From NCBI RefSeq assembly GCF_006345805.1, contig NC_042999.1:103788001-103852000 (forward strand): a stretch of 64,000 nucleotides of DNA. Direction: 5' to 3'. Source of the stretch: Octopus sinensis. Taxonomy: Eukaryota. The notes beneath the pieces are model-generated. The model was not told where the DNA came from. It searched no databases and saw nothing but the letters and a program-made list of their open reading frames with translations. Both the position numbers and the translations under genes were made by a program. Within the stretch, counting starts at the first letter, position 1; every line of letters begins with the position of its first letter. This document shows, piece after piece, positions 15,946 to 29,693 of this stretch.

Positions 15946-16445
15946 TTGGGCGGAGGAGAAACACTAATTTTCCACGTTCAACAATCGAATACGAAAACTT
16001 TTTTTGACCAAATTCCATTCTTAAATGTATGTACGTATATGTGTTATTAATTTACTATTCTAAATATCACCACCACTCTATTATCCAATCAATCGCTAAA
16101 TCGTTATTCAGGATTCATTTTGTTATTCAAACATTGCGAGAGCAAGCTCACTGCATACCAAATTTTACGTTCCAATTTATCTTATCGTCCAAAAATCGGC
16201 AACGAACAACTCAAAATAAATATTTGTGCAAATTCAACTTCTAATAAATTATACATGTTTGTGTAAGTATGCATGCGTATATATTTCTTCGAAATATACA
16301 AATATATATTCTTTGAAATAAAAAAATTGCAGCCTTCTTGTGTCCTATTCGGTAGCATTACAAGTTCTAAAATTGCGGGTTAGTTTGTCAGTGGGCAGTT
16401 TAGCTTAGGTGACCGGTAATCAAAAGGATGTGGGTTCGAGAAAGT

Positions 16446-16481
16446 CTTTTACGTTTCGAGCCTACGCTCTTCAATGGAAAG
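16446..16481 (-). ncRNA. Hammerhead-like motif with decayed core, next to the assembly gap
   Basis: CTTT-CCATTGA-A-GAGC-GTAG-GCTC-GAAA-CGTA-AAAG; same layout as 5943-5977 but the core is non-canonical. Confidence 0.35.
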
Positions 16482-16487
16482 GAACAC

Positions 16488-16587
16488 NNNNNNNNNNNNN
16501 NNNNNNNNNNNNNNNNNNNNNNNNNNNNNNNNNNNNNNNNNNNNNNNNNNNNNNNNNNNNNNNNNNNNNNNNNNNNNNNNNNNNNNN
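16488..16587. other. Assembly gap (100 N)
   Basis: Run of N. Confidence 1.
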
Positions 16588-16765
16588 TCCCAGATGAACC
16601 AACTTCACGGCAGGAGGGGCAGATGAGGGCAGCTGCATCGAACTCTCTCATGCACCAAATGGCAGTTGCTAGAAAGCTTTCGTGAAGTGAAACCAAGTAG
16701 CAACACCAAATGGCGGTGCCCCAGCATGGCCACAGCTCATAAGCTGAAACTAGAATCAATCAATC
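16588..16765 (+). mobile_element. SINE 3' fragment
   Basis: Tail GGCGGTGCCCCAGCATGGCCACAGCTC...CTGAAACTAG followed by (ATCA)n. Confidence 0.7.
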
Positions 16766-17171
16766 AATCAATCATATATATATATAATAAAATAAATGGA
16801 GGGAAAATTTACGGTCCCAGTCGTTTACTTAGTTTTAACATATGCACACTTCCCCCAACTATCTGATGACGCCTGGTCAGAGGTGGAGGCTGGAGGCATT
16901 TGATAAATCTATCGAATATGATGCTGACGAAAGAGTGGTATTTGCAAAGGGAGGTCATACCTCTCTCGTCAACCTAAGTGATACGCACGGACTGCAGTTT
17001 CTAGGTATTTGCCTGTCTTCGGCGTACGGCAATCACCGGTTTTCAATGAAGGGAGACCTGTTTGCAAATACTTATTTATTGTTTTTCCAGTAACTTCCGT
17101 CACTGATTTCGAAAAGCTGTCTGCAAGCAATAATAAATCTCTGAACGAGATGTAAACAGTAACTGATCGAC

Positions 17172-17395
17172 AACGTAAATTATACTAACCATCTCAATAT
17201 GGCTAACCACTAAGGGTGGGTGTTACTGTAGCTTTTAGCCTCAGAGATCATCGTCTCCGGCTGGCTTTAGGCACCATAAGAGCACAGAAAGTGTGTCTAA
17301 AGCCAGCTGGAGACGATGATCTCCTGGGGCTAAAAGCTACAGTAACACCCACTCTTAGTGGTTAGCCATATTGAGATGGTTAGTATACTTACGTT
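17172..17395. repeat. Long hairpin or palindromic MITE-like element
   Basis: Arms of about 100 bp, nearly perfectly complementary, with a short loop. Confidence 0.9.
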
Positions 17396-17400
17396 ATATA

Positions 17401-17486
<86 letters not shown>

Positions 17487-17919
17487 AGATGTGTGGTGTG
17501 TGTGTAAATATACATATATGTTGAATTATGCTTCCATATGTATACACGTTGATTTATGTATAGTGAATGTTTATATATATAAATGTGTGTATGTGTATAT
17601 TCGTGTTTGTGTGTGTGTATTTACATATGTATGTGTATATAGATATATATAAAAAGAGAGGTAGTATGGTAGGTAGATAAAGTTAAGCGCGTGACATATA
17701 CTTACTCAAAGCACAAAATATAGATTATTCAATAAAAACAAAAGTGAAGAAACGTTATATAATGTCTTATCTCGACAGCTGTTTTAAGAGGCCATACTTA
17801 CGTAAGCATATTCATAGATAATAATGTCATGAGTAACATATTAAGTCTACCATCCGAGTAGGTCATAGTGGAATAGGAATTCAGAACGCAAAATCCGAAA
17901 CAAATACCGGATGGTATCG

Positions 17920-18050
17920 ATTCTCTTGCAGTTCCACCAGTTCACCCCTCTGGATTGGTATTTTTTTTTATCAACTCCGGAAGGGGTGAAGGCTAAGTTG
18001 ACTTCCATGCGATGGGAACTCAGAGCGCAGAGACTCGGAAACAATACTGA
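17920..18050 (-). mobile_element. Diverged SINE family B fragment
   Basis: Resembles the TTCATCCTTTCGGGGTCGAT...AAGTACCAG core of the 50072 copy. Confidence 0.55.
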
Positions 18051-18117
18051 TCTAACGATATTGTGATGACTACACGTAAACACAGCGATAGAAGTTTCTA
18101 AACAGTGTGTGCGCGCC

Positions 18118-18200
<83 letters not shown>

Positions 18201-18413
18201 TGTGTGTGTGCGTGTGTGTGCGCGCACGTGTGTGTGAACCTGTAAATTCATATGGCTGCATGTATGCATACTTTTCTTATATGCATGTGTATACATGTGT
18301 GTGTGAACCTGCAAATTCATATGGCTGCGTGTATGTATATTTGTATTATGCGCATATGTATGTATACATGTGTGTGAACCTACATATTCTTATATTTGCA
18401 TATATGTATATTT

Positions 18414-18453
<40 letters not shown>

Positions 18454-18782
18454 TGTGTGTGTGTAAGTGTGAGTGCGCACGTGTTTGTGAACCTAAAAAT
18501 TCATATGGCTGCATGTAAGCATATTTGACTTATATGCATATGTATACATGTGTGTGTGACCCAGCAAATCTTTATTTTGGATATATGTATATTTGAATGC
18601 GTGTGTGTGTGTTTGTGTGAGTGAGTAAGTGTGTGCGCACGCGGCACTCGCGTGCGCATGTGTTTGTGCGTGTGCAATTGTGTGTGTAATCGTGAGATAG
18701 GAAGAGAAATGATGTTATACATATATTGAAATATATTTTACATTCATTACTTGTGAAGAATGTATCAGCGCGCGCGCGCGTC

Positions 18783-18825
<43 letters not shown>

Positions 18826-20252
18826 TGCGCGTATAGCTGCAGATTTTAAATGTTATTTTAAACATTGATGCTTATATCGGAATAAACACTATTTAACCAT
18901 GTTCATGAAATATAACATTTTGAAAGCACACATTTCTGTCTATTGATATAGCGAATGGGTTTATTTTCACTGTTAATTCACGTTTACTTTGAACTGTCAA
19001 ATTAAAAACGTTAAAAAAAACAACAAATACCTGCATTTTTTATTGAATGAATAAAGGTAAGGCAGCAGAAACTGCTTGCTACATTGCTCTATGAATCAAT
19101 CATTTAGCCAAGGACTAACATCCAAAGTAGAGCTTTACATTAATTTCAAAAACGTCACATTGGAAAAGAGAGCATTAAATTAAAATCGAGGGAGGTTGAA
19201 AATAATTGAGGACCATTATTGAAAGAGTTACGACGCTAAGCAACTCAGGACGTTACCGAAGTAAAGTTTGTCGAAATAACATTTAAATCACACTGGAAAG
19301 TTTTAAAACCCTCCAAGAAATGAGTGCTGTCTAAACTGAATTTTTTTTTTTTTTTCAATGTAGTTTCAATGTCTGCTCTTCGGTGCAACAAAAACGATCC
19401 TTCTTTCATCGCATAGTGATGATATATGCTAACTGCATGAGAAACAACATACTCTTCGTTTTTTGTATACTGAATTTTCATCGTTCCATCGTCGTTATCT
19501 CCATGGCCGTTCCGTGAAGCTTATCATATTCAGAACCACATTATGCAGCTTATCCATGCATTTTTACGACATTCAGGGAAAAGACCTAGTGTGTCCCTAT
19601 TAGAACTTCTAACGTGATATTGTTCATTTGCTTCAGTCGTTAGACTGCGGCTATGTTAGGGCACTGCCTTGAAGGGCTTAGTTGAGCAAATCGACCCCAG
19701 TAGTTATTCATTTTACCCCAGGCTCTCATAGCTTCCGATCTTAGCTGATTGGAAGTGTTATCATGTATGTATTTTGCCTTGGTATAAAAGATGGGCTACC
19801 GCAAATATTCTACTCAATATCACATATTTACTTGTCAGTTGCTTGACTTTAACCAGTTGAACATGTTTCTTGGTGGCTGAGTGTATGTGCATGGACGATC
19901 ATCGTAGCTATGTGCCGAGAGGAATTCTTTGAGGCTTGAATAATCCACCTCTGGAAACATGGGTATCTCGTTCAACATCCTTAAACAACCCTTATTTAGC
20001 GAGATGGGCGACTCGACCTGAAGGAAATTCTAACTGGGTCCACCTGCTAGGTTATGCATTGTTTATCTTGGTTTATCTATGGTTTATCTATGGTTGTGAT
20101 ACATGTGAATGGGGTACCGTAATCAGACGGGTACTCATGATGGGTATATTGAGCTTTATATATTTGGATCTGAGCATTACTTTGATGGCATGCGCTGCTC
20201 TCTCACTCAGTAATAATAGCCACTATCTTTTATAGCCACTATCAAAGCTATG

Positions 20253-20409
20253 CACTAGCGTGGCTAGAGTGTGTGCCGCCCGGGGCGGCCCTTCTGTTTG
20301 CCGACCCCGGACCCCACAAAAAAACATATATTGACTACAGCAACCCCAAAAGTGCTGCCCCTTTAAAAATGCCGCCCGGGTCGGACCCCCCCTGCTAGCT
20401 ACGCTAGTA
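20253..20409. mobile_element. hAT-type MITE
   Basis: TIR (C)ACTAGCGTGGCTAG / CTAGCTACGCTAGT with an 8-bp TSD AAGCTATG at 20245-20252 and 20410-20417. Confidence 0.85.
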
Positions 20410-20547
20410 AAGCTATGTTCAGACTTAATTAAAAGTAATTGCTATTCATTAATTTGGGACACTTTAGAAAAGTTGTAAAAGTAAAAAGAAAAATAAGAAA
20501 ATAGGCTTTTCATAGTAAAAATCAATTCTACCTCCTATACACTCCTA

Positions 20548-20710
20548 GGCGCAGGAGTGGCTGTGTGGTAAGTAGCTTGTTTACCAACCACATGGTTCCG
20601 GGTTCAGTCCCACTGCGTGGCACCTTGAGCAAGTGTCTTCTACTATAGCCTCGGGTCGACCAAAGCCTTGTGAGTGGATTTGGTAGACGGAAACTGAAAG
20701 CAGCCCGTTG

Positions 20711-20754
<44 letters not shown>

Positions 20755-20998
20755 TGTGTGTGTGTGGTGTGTGTGTGTGCGTGTGTGTTTGTGTGTCTGT
20801 GTTTGTCCCCCTAGCATTGCTTGACAACCGATGCTGGTGTGTATACGTCCCCGTCACTTAGCGGTTCGGCAAAAGAGACCGATAGAATAAGTACTGGGCT
20901 TACAAAGAATAAGTCCCGGGGTCGAGTTGCTCGATTAAAGGCGGTGCTCCGCATGGCCGCAGTCAAATGACTGAAACAAGTAAAAGAGTAAAAGAGTA
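20548..20998 (+). mobile_element. SINE family A, full length
   Basis: Head, internal (GT)n linker and tail as in 1509-1886. Confidence 0.9.
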
Positions 20999-21364
20999 TA
21001 CTAAGAATTATATAGATGCCCGAATTTCTTCATGATAACTATACAGAAACTACTGTGCACCCGACTCGCCAACCACCCCTTTTGCTGCCTATTTCTTCCA
21101 GCACACCACCAAAACTAATTTACATCTTCGTAGAAAAGGACCGACGAACAGAAAGTTTAAATCATAACGGGCCAGAAAACAATCAATTTAAATGTCTACC
21201 TACCTTCTGTGTCACACTCCAAACTATGGAACGAAATCAAAGGCATAAAATTAACATTATTTGTAAGACAATTGACTTATAAACTATGGAACGAAATCAA
21301 AGACAAAATCTAACAGAATTTCAACACTTATATTTCTTTTATGCGTTCCAGTAACGAGGGCATA

Positions 21365-21815
21365 TTCTTTTATTTATTTAGTCTTTTACCTGTTATTGGA
21401 TCGTGGCCAAGCTGGGACACCGCTTACAAAGATTTAGTCGAGCATCTCAACCCCGTAAGTTGTACTTATTTTATCAATGTGTATTTGTCGAACCGCTATG
21501 TTGCCGTACATCAACAGCATCACTGGTTTTAAGCGGCATAAATATAAACACACTCACACATCTGCATACCCTCATACACGCGCCCACCTGAACATTGCAC
21601 ACTCATACACATACCCACACACTCATACACACTCGCGCACGTGCGCGAGCGCGCAAATACGGCTTCTGTATAGTTTCCGTCTTCCGAATTTCACTCGAGG
21701 CATTAATCAGCACCAGACTATAGTAAAAGACAATTGCCCAAAGTGCTACGCAATGAGATCGAACCCAGAACCAATTGATTACGAAACGATCTTTTTAACT
21801 TACAGTCATGTCTGT
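21365..21815 (-). mobile_element. SINE family A, old diverged copy
   Basis: Recognisable tail (21365-21540) and head (21660-21815) around a CA-rich linker. Confidence 0.6.
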
Positions 21816-22269
21816 GTCTATCTTACTGATGCATTGTTTTTTTTATGGCTTGTGTGTGTGTGTATGTGTGTGTGCCTGCCTGTGTGTGTATGTATGTGTG
21901 TGTGCGTGTGCGTGTGCGTATGTGTGTGTGTGTGTGCGTGTGTGTATGTATGTATGTGTTTTCGTTTTTTTTTTTTTAGAATTCGCAGCTCAGTGAAGCA
22001 ACTATTTTGTTGCGCTTACTAGGATTGTGAATTCAATTTTACTCATATGATGTATTCTCTAATATGAAAATAAGGTTGTAATACAGCGCTCTGAAATTTG
22101 ATAAATCTGTACCAACATGGTCACACTAAAGCAGAATTACAGATGGAATAGTTCTTCGATTACTTTCTACAATTAAGAATTTTTTTTTTCACATCTTGAC
22201 ATAAAGTTAAAAAAATAATAGATAACAGCTATCAAGTTTGAAGAACTGATAAGTGTATAAAAAGGAGTA

Positions 22270-22506
22270 CAGTAATCCCCCGCCATATCACGGTTCACCT
22301 ATCGCAGTTCATCTACCACGGTTTATTATTTAAGCTTACGTTGATTTTTCTGTGGTGTTGTTTTGCATTTATAATAAAATAAATATATATAAATTATAAA
22401 AGTTTATTTTTAAATATACAGTACAGTACTGTTTCTACTTCGCGGATTTTCACCTATCGCGGTGGGGTTTTGGAACGTAATACCCGCGATAGTCGAGAGA
22501 TCACTG
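22270..22506. mobile_element. pogo/Tigger-type MITE
   Basis: TA-CAGTAATCCCCCGCCATATCACGG ... CCGCGATAGTCGAGAGATCACTG-TA; imperfect TIRs with a TA TSD. Confidence 0.75.
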
Positions 22507-22639
22507 TATAGGCTTGTCATCTTTCCGAGATGGTTTACCGAAACATTTGATGTTCAATACTATCCATGTGAAACTTTTACACTATCTAATGAATAAAATG
22601 TTTCGAAAATACATATACAACTTCAAAAGAAATTATATA

Positions 22640-23180
22640 TGCGAAGTGCACTTCAGAAGTTTTGAAACTTTTACAAAGTAGAACTTCACTACACTTTCGG
22701 TAGTCTTCCAGCTATTTCATGGGGGGCCCCATAGAAGTCCTTCAAAGTGAAGGTGTCCAGGAACCTTGTCACAGCCTCCTTCATCTTCTTAATGTCTTCA
22801 AAACGATGCCTCTAAGGTTCTCCTTCGGCTTGGGGAGAAATCAAAAGTCTTAACAAGCAAGGTCTGGACTGTAGGAAGGGCGAGGAACAGTTCTGATGCC
22901 CATCTCTGTCAAGTAGTTGGTTATCGTGATGGAAATAGGGACTGATGCGTTGTCCTGGTACAGGTGCCACCGATCCGAGTAGGAGACCTCTGGAGGTTCT
23001 TGTTCAGCTTGGGGAACAATCAAAAGTCACGGGAAGAAAAGTCTGGACTATAGGGAGGGTGAGGGAGAGTTTTGATGCTCATCGCTACCAAGTAGTTGGT
23101 CACCATGATGAAATTGTAAATTGATGCATTGTCGTGGTGCAGGTACTACCAACCCCAGTGGAAGAGCTCTGGTCTTTTGC
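22640..23180 (-). mobile_element. Mariner transposase relic with two tandem catalytic-domain segments
   Basis: WHLYQDNAS...TVPRPSYSPDLA and YLHHDNAS...TLPHPPYSPD peptides; TIR-like GCGAAGTGCACTTCAGAAGTTT at 22641. Confidence 0.8.
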
Positions 23181-24079
23181 TACGAAATCTCAAGAAATCA
23201 CAGATGGCATTCTTCTGCACGTGAAGGCTAATTTATTTCTCACTGCTCCCTGAAGAGAAGTGTAGAAGCTAAGGAGTGAAAGGTTTCTCATCCTGAGGTA
23301 CCTCCTGAAGATACATAAGAGTTTCCAAAATAGTGATAGCTTTAGTCAGCAAGAGAAGAACTTTAATATCTTTACGTAGCTTTTGCAGTTAGTTCGTAGC
23401 TCATGCAGTTTCTGCGTGAAGCAAAGCGTCTTTGATGCCTGTTTCGCCTAAACTTCCACAAACTAATCGCGGAATTTCCATTTATACTGCTGGTACTCAT
23501 TTAACACCCGCAAATTTATAAGTTTTATCCGATCATTTAACTGAGATTACTAAATCAAACAAACAAGCCTCCACCAAATTTCACATCATAAAAACAATCA
23601 GACAGATATTACAAGAAATTTGGAAATTTTAGTGCAATTTTTTATGACCTTAATCGATTTCAAGAGAACGATAGAAAGGCTTAATCTAAAAATCGTTAAA
23701 TGAATTGTAAAATGAATAAATTTACAATTGGAATTTATCTTCATTTTTTTCATTTTATTTTATTTTATCTTTTATTTTTGTATTATTTCACCGTATTTTA
23801 ATTTATATTTTATTTTACTATTTTGTAATTTTTTTTTACAATTGATTTAACGTTCAGATCGTTTGAAAAAATCCATTTCATTATACGTGTACGTACATAT
23901 TGTGTGTTTGCGTGTATGTGTGCATGAGTCTAAGAGCGTGGGTGTATATTTATATATATATATATATATACACACACACAAATATGTGTGTGTGCATGTA
24001 AGTACATATATAATTTATGTTCGTATTCATACATGCGTACATACATTCATACATATGTATCTATGTGTGTATGTATATA

Positions 24080-24140
<61 letters not shown>

Positions 24141-24264
24141 CATACACTATATATATATGCAATATGCATATATGTATATATAAATATCTATCTTTGTATA
24201 TACATATAAATAAATATATATATTTACATACATAAATATATAAATGCATAATCTGTGTGTGTAT

Positions 24265-24320
<56 letters not shown>

Positions 24321-24808
24321 TCTGTGTGTGTGTGTGTGTGTAAGTACGTGTGGAGAAAGAGTGAAGGAATAGTCGGATGCTTAAGAAGTTTATTTTGCCA
24401 TCCTGAGAACTCAAGTTCGATTTCTTAGTTTGGGGTCGACATAAAATTTGGTAGATTTTACGCCAGATAAAATGTATCTGTAATTCAAAAACCCACCTTG
24501 CCTCACTCTCTGCCACGTCCTTAGAATACCCAATCATTCACATCAATATTCAGTGAAGAAGCAGTTGGGTGATCGAGCATTTTGAATAGTCATCGTCGAA
24601 AGCGACAATGATCCATTTACTTAACTTTTAAATAGATGTGTGTATGTGAGTATGTCCCTAAAAATATTCATGTTGAAATACCCGTAAATGCACGAACACA
24701 CACACACACACACAGAGTGTGTGTATATAAACATACACAATAACACACACGCACACACATATATATACACACAAACATATATATATAATATATAAAGATT
24801 ATAAAGAT

Positions 24809-24875
<67 letters not shown>

Positions 24876-25533
24876 ATATATATATATAATATATATACAC
24901 ACATGCATATATAATACGCCACCACATGCATACACTGAAATCACTAACAACACACACACACACACGCACACAGACAGAGACACACACACAATATACACAC
25001 TCAAACACACGCAGAGACAAATACATACACACACAAATACATACACACACACCTACACACACGCACACAGGCGTACACTCGCTCACTAAACAAAAACATA
25101 TCTATATGTGATTCACCACAAGAATATATTCAATGCATACATCTTATATCTTATAGCTTTATGCATCCCACGAATATCTATGTATATAAATAATTATTCT
25201 TTCGCATTTTCCCCCCATTTATGCTATTAAATAAAGAAATATTAATACTACTAACCAAAAAAAATTCTATGACATCAATATCCACAGTACGATTATTTCA
25301 GATTAGACTAGATTTCAAACATACTTTCTTCCAGCATAATAATGCTTTACATTCGATTAAAAACGCATTCTATTCATTATCTATTTCAGTATTTGTGTAA
25401 TGTATGTCATAAAAGTTAAGAATGCGTGTGCATATATGCATATATAAGTGCACCTATATGAGCATGTGCATGCATGTCTATGAGCACCTAAACGCATACA
25501 TTCGTACACAGATATGTGTATGTGTATATAGAT

Positions 25534-25599
<66 letters not shown>

Positions 25600-25994
25600 G
25601 TTTCTTTATTGGCCACACAGGGCTGCACACAGATGGGACAAGTTACAAGGTAGAGCTTTTCTTTGGGGGGATGAAAAAAACAAAAAACAAAAGAAACAAA
25701 AAAAAGGGGGTGGCGTAGGTTTTCGATCAAGAGGGATCGTAAAAGGGAAGAAAAGAACAAAAAAAAAGAAAGAAATAAAAGAAAAAAGAAAAAAGAAAAA
25801 AGAAAAAAAAAAGAAAAAGAAAAGGAACAAAAGAAAAGAGAAATGAAAAAAGAAGAAAAAAGGGGAAGAGGAAAAAAAAACGATCAATAGGGATCGTGTA
25901 TCACAGTGTTATGATATATGGTGTAAAGGGGAAAGCAAGTAAGGTTTATCCGTGGGAAGAAAAGCCTATGAAAAAGACCACGGTAACCTTGGTC
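25600..25994 (-). mobile_element. Tx1-type LINE copy 2 (3' UTR only)
   Basis: Homologous to 6188-6475; (GATA)n at 25528-25598 and 25995-26062. Confidence 0.9.
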
Positions 25995-26063
<69 letters not shown>

Positions 26064-26310
26064 TAGATATATAAATATATATATATATATGCATGCATGT
26101 GGTATGTGTGCGCGCGCGTGCATTTAATGTATATGGCACAAAGAGTTGCACGAACAAGGAGAAGAAAATGAGTACTCAATACCTTTTCTAGAGTTTATTC
26201 TATTTATTTTGTAGCCGTTAATCTGAGTTGCAGCATGTTCTGTTTGTCAGGAAAACACGAGGCTCGGAGTAAGTGTCAGTGAAAAAGCTTACTTTGTAAT
26301 AAACAGGACA

Positions 26311-26392
<82 letters not shown>

Positions 26393-26411
26393 TAGATAGA
26401 TAGATAGATAT

Positions 26412-29400
26412 GTTTCTTTATTAGCCACACAGGGCTGACACAGATAGATAGAACAAATTACAAGGTAGAGCTTTTCTTTTGAAGGTATTAAAAAAAAAAA
26501 AAAAAAAAAAGGAAGGGGGAGGTTCGATCAAAAGGGATCGTAAAAGGAGAGAAAGAGGACAAAATAAGGGGGTTTTATAAAAAAAAAAAAAAAAAAAAAA
26601 GGGGGGGGGGGGGAGAGGAAAAAAAAAATGATCAATAGGATCGTTATCACAGAAATGTCAATATGAAGTGTAAAGGGGAGGACAGGTGAGGTTTACCCGT
26701 GGAAAGAAAGCCTGCGGAAAAGACCACGGTAACCTCGGTCAATGAAGTCACATTTATATTTCTTTTTTTTTTTTTTTTTTTTTTTTGCAAATAAGCAACT
26801 CTCTGTTTTCGATTTCTGGGTTCATAGGACTATGCTCAAGGTGGCTTCGTCATTCATACGTGCCATTCTTGCTACATTCACCCATCTTTTTTAAAACATT
26901 CGCTAGGCAAAACTGCCTCTCTACTCTCACTTTCCTTTTCAAGTGGTACTTGAAGAAGTTGATGAGAGATTGACCAGAGAGGAAAGTGTTTGTCTCCAAT
27001 CCTTTCAGACGCGTCCACCAGATACATTCTTTCGCCATAGCCACAAGGATGATGATGAAAATAGCTCTTCCTTCCCGTTTGAAGGAAGGAGGCGTGACAA
27101 TATTGACGATAGACTCAGCTGATAAACCGACTCGTACCCACACGTGACAGCAGTTGTTCGACATAAGCCCACAGGTCGGAAATTGTTGGACACTGAACGA
27201 GTGCGTGCAGAAACGGTTTCGTCGCTCTGACCGCATCTCGGGCAGGTCGGCCCCGTGTTTCTCGAGCCGTGTCGTAGAGCTTATCCCGAAGGGTAGCGCT
27301 TTGGTAGCACTGCCAGGCCAGGGATCTCTGGAAGTTGTCCCTGGGCCCTGGCCCGAAAGTCGTCCCGAACAGGCGGGTCAGGTACTCCTCGTCGACGTCC
27401 AGGTTCGCCCGAGCTCGTCGTCGTACCTCCCCTCCACTAAACCCTATAGAATGCTTTGGTTGTGTTGAAGTCACTTAGGTCAACCCAGGACGGCAGAGTT
27501 GCTTGAGAGCAAGCGACACTCGCGGTGCCATTTCGCCCTTCCTCGGCCTCTTTTGATCCACGACTGCAGTTCGGTCATGGAGACGAGCTGCGGGAAAGCG
27601 TGCCTCACAAACGGCGACCACACCTGTTCACCGTCGTCTACATAGAGCCAGAGATGTCGCAGTCTCAGGCGTGCTGCGCATCATCAACCACGGCATGCCC
27701 AGCCCTCCTTTTAACGGGTGTTGACAGCAAATGGATCGCCTGACCATCGGGACGCATCCTTTCCACAAGAAGCGAAAGAGGATGCGTTGTAGTTTGGTGA
27801 TGGTAGGGTCGGGACAAGGTACGACGGTCAGGCGGTGGTAGATGACGGACGCGATGTACGTGTTCGCCACCTCCGCTCGACCTTTTAGGGACAGTTTCCT
27901 CTCGGCCCATTGCCGGGCGAGAGTGACCACCCTACTCGTTATCTCGTTCCAGTTCTTCTCCACTTGGAGGTCCGGACCAAACCAGACCCCGAGCAACTCA
28001 ACCGGGCCGTCGGTCCAGCGTCCCACGACGGAGGCGCTGGTGGACGGCATGGGCTTGCTTCTCCAGGTGCCTAGTCGCAAGCCCACTGACTTTTCCCGGT
28101 TGATTTTCGCTCCTGTCACCGCTTCGTAGTTTTTCAGTGTCTCGCCGACCAGCTCGATGTGCTCGTGGCTAGACACTATGACGGTGACGTCGTCCGCGTA
28201 TGCAGACACGCTCGTCCCGCATCCAATTCTCGCGGGATGCCCCTTAGAGTCGCCAGCTTCCGCAGTAGTGGCTCAAGAGTCAATACGTATAGAAGCGCCG
28301 AGAGGGGGGATCCCTGACGGACCGAACGTGCAATGTCGAAAGGTCTCGATAGATGTCCATTTACGCGAATTACCGAACGGATGCCTCTGTACAAGGCAGC
28401 TATCCAGCCGCGGACGGAAGACGGGACCGAAACCAGCCGCTCTCAGGACTGCCTCCAAGTATCGATGGTCTACCCTATCAAAGGCTTTTGATTGATCCAA
28501 GTTGATCAGGGCCCCACCCATGCCAGGTTCGTTAACTACCCTGTCTATGATGTAGCGCATCAGAGGAGGTTGTCATGGATGGTCCGGCCTGGCACGGCGC
28601 ATGTTTTGCGCCTTGTCGACCAGTTCTCGATGACAAGCGCCAACCTCTTGGCTAGCACCTTGGCCAAAATTTTCAAGTCTGCATTAAGCAGAGTGATGGG
28701 CCTAAAGTTATCTATTACTTTCCCTTGTTTAGATCTTTCTTCAGCAGTGTTACGGCTCCTCGGCTCACAAAACCAGGAATGCTCCCGTTTTTGCATGCAG
28801 TGTTGTGTACACCGCCGCCAAGAGATCTCCAAACAAGTCTGGCATACAATTGTAAAGCTCGTAGGGTAGACCATCCAAACCCGGTGATTTGTCCCTCGAG
28901 CATTCTGCCATCGCTTCCCGCACTTCCGCCGCCGTGATGGCACCTTCGCAGCACCCTGCCTTTCTTGTCGAAGAGTCGTGGTAGGCTATGTAGGTAGGCA
29001 CTGAAGTCCACCCTACGTTCTTGCCCTCCATCGTTCCGACAGTCGGGCAAAATGCTGCTGAAAGCCTCACACATTTTACTTGGCTCGAGCAATTCGCGCC
29101 CCTGTTCATCTACCAGTGACCGAATGGTGGCTTTGTTGCCCTGTTGCGCCTTGCCACCCGGGCCTCTCTCGCGGCACAACACCTTCGTCCTTAGAGCACG
29201 CATCCTAGCTTGACAGCACATCCTTCGTGTTTGGCGTTGAAGTGTTGTCGAGGGCCAACCTCGCCGCCAAAACGTCGGATGCGATGCCGCTTCTAATTGC
29301 CTCTTTAGCTTCTTAACTACTCACCCTCTACTCTATGTTATATATGGCTAGTGCTTGCTGTACCTAATCGCTTCTGCTTTTACTGCTCTCTTGAGGGCAA

Positions 29401-29542
29401 ACCACCATTTGTTGTTGATGATGGCTCCCGTCAAAGCCCTCTTACTAGTGTGCTAATCCGGTCTCTGAAAAACTTGTCTCGATGGGAAAAGACGCGTTTA
29501 GTTTCAGTATCCGGGACCCTGCCTAAGGTCTTACCTAAGTCT
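26412..29542 (-). mobile_element. Tx1-type LINE copy 3, 5'-truncated and frameshifted
   Basis: Collinear with copy 1 (YADD, DQSKAFDRVDH, KGGLGMPWL); GA/GATA repeats at the 3' end and (GATA)n at 29543-29602. Confidence 0.93.
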
Positions 29543-29661
<119 letters not shown>

Positions 29662-29693
29662 CGAAGTGTACAGCATTATATATCCATACTAAT

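Noticed and set aside
16842-17160. 83-aa ORF and acceptor-like TTTTTCCAG at about 17090
   Set aside because: No homology recognised and no partner splice site
21221-21302. 21-bp direct repeat AAACTATGGAACGAAATCAAA about 61 bp apart
   Set aside because: Only two copies; most simply a local duplication
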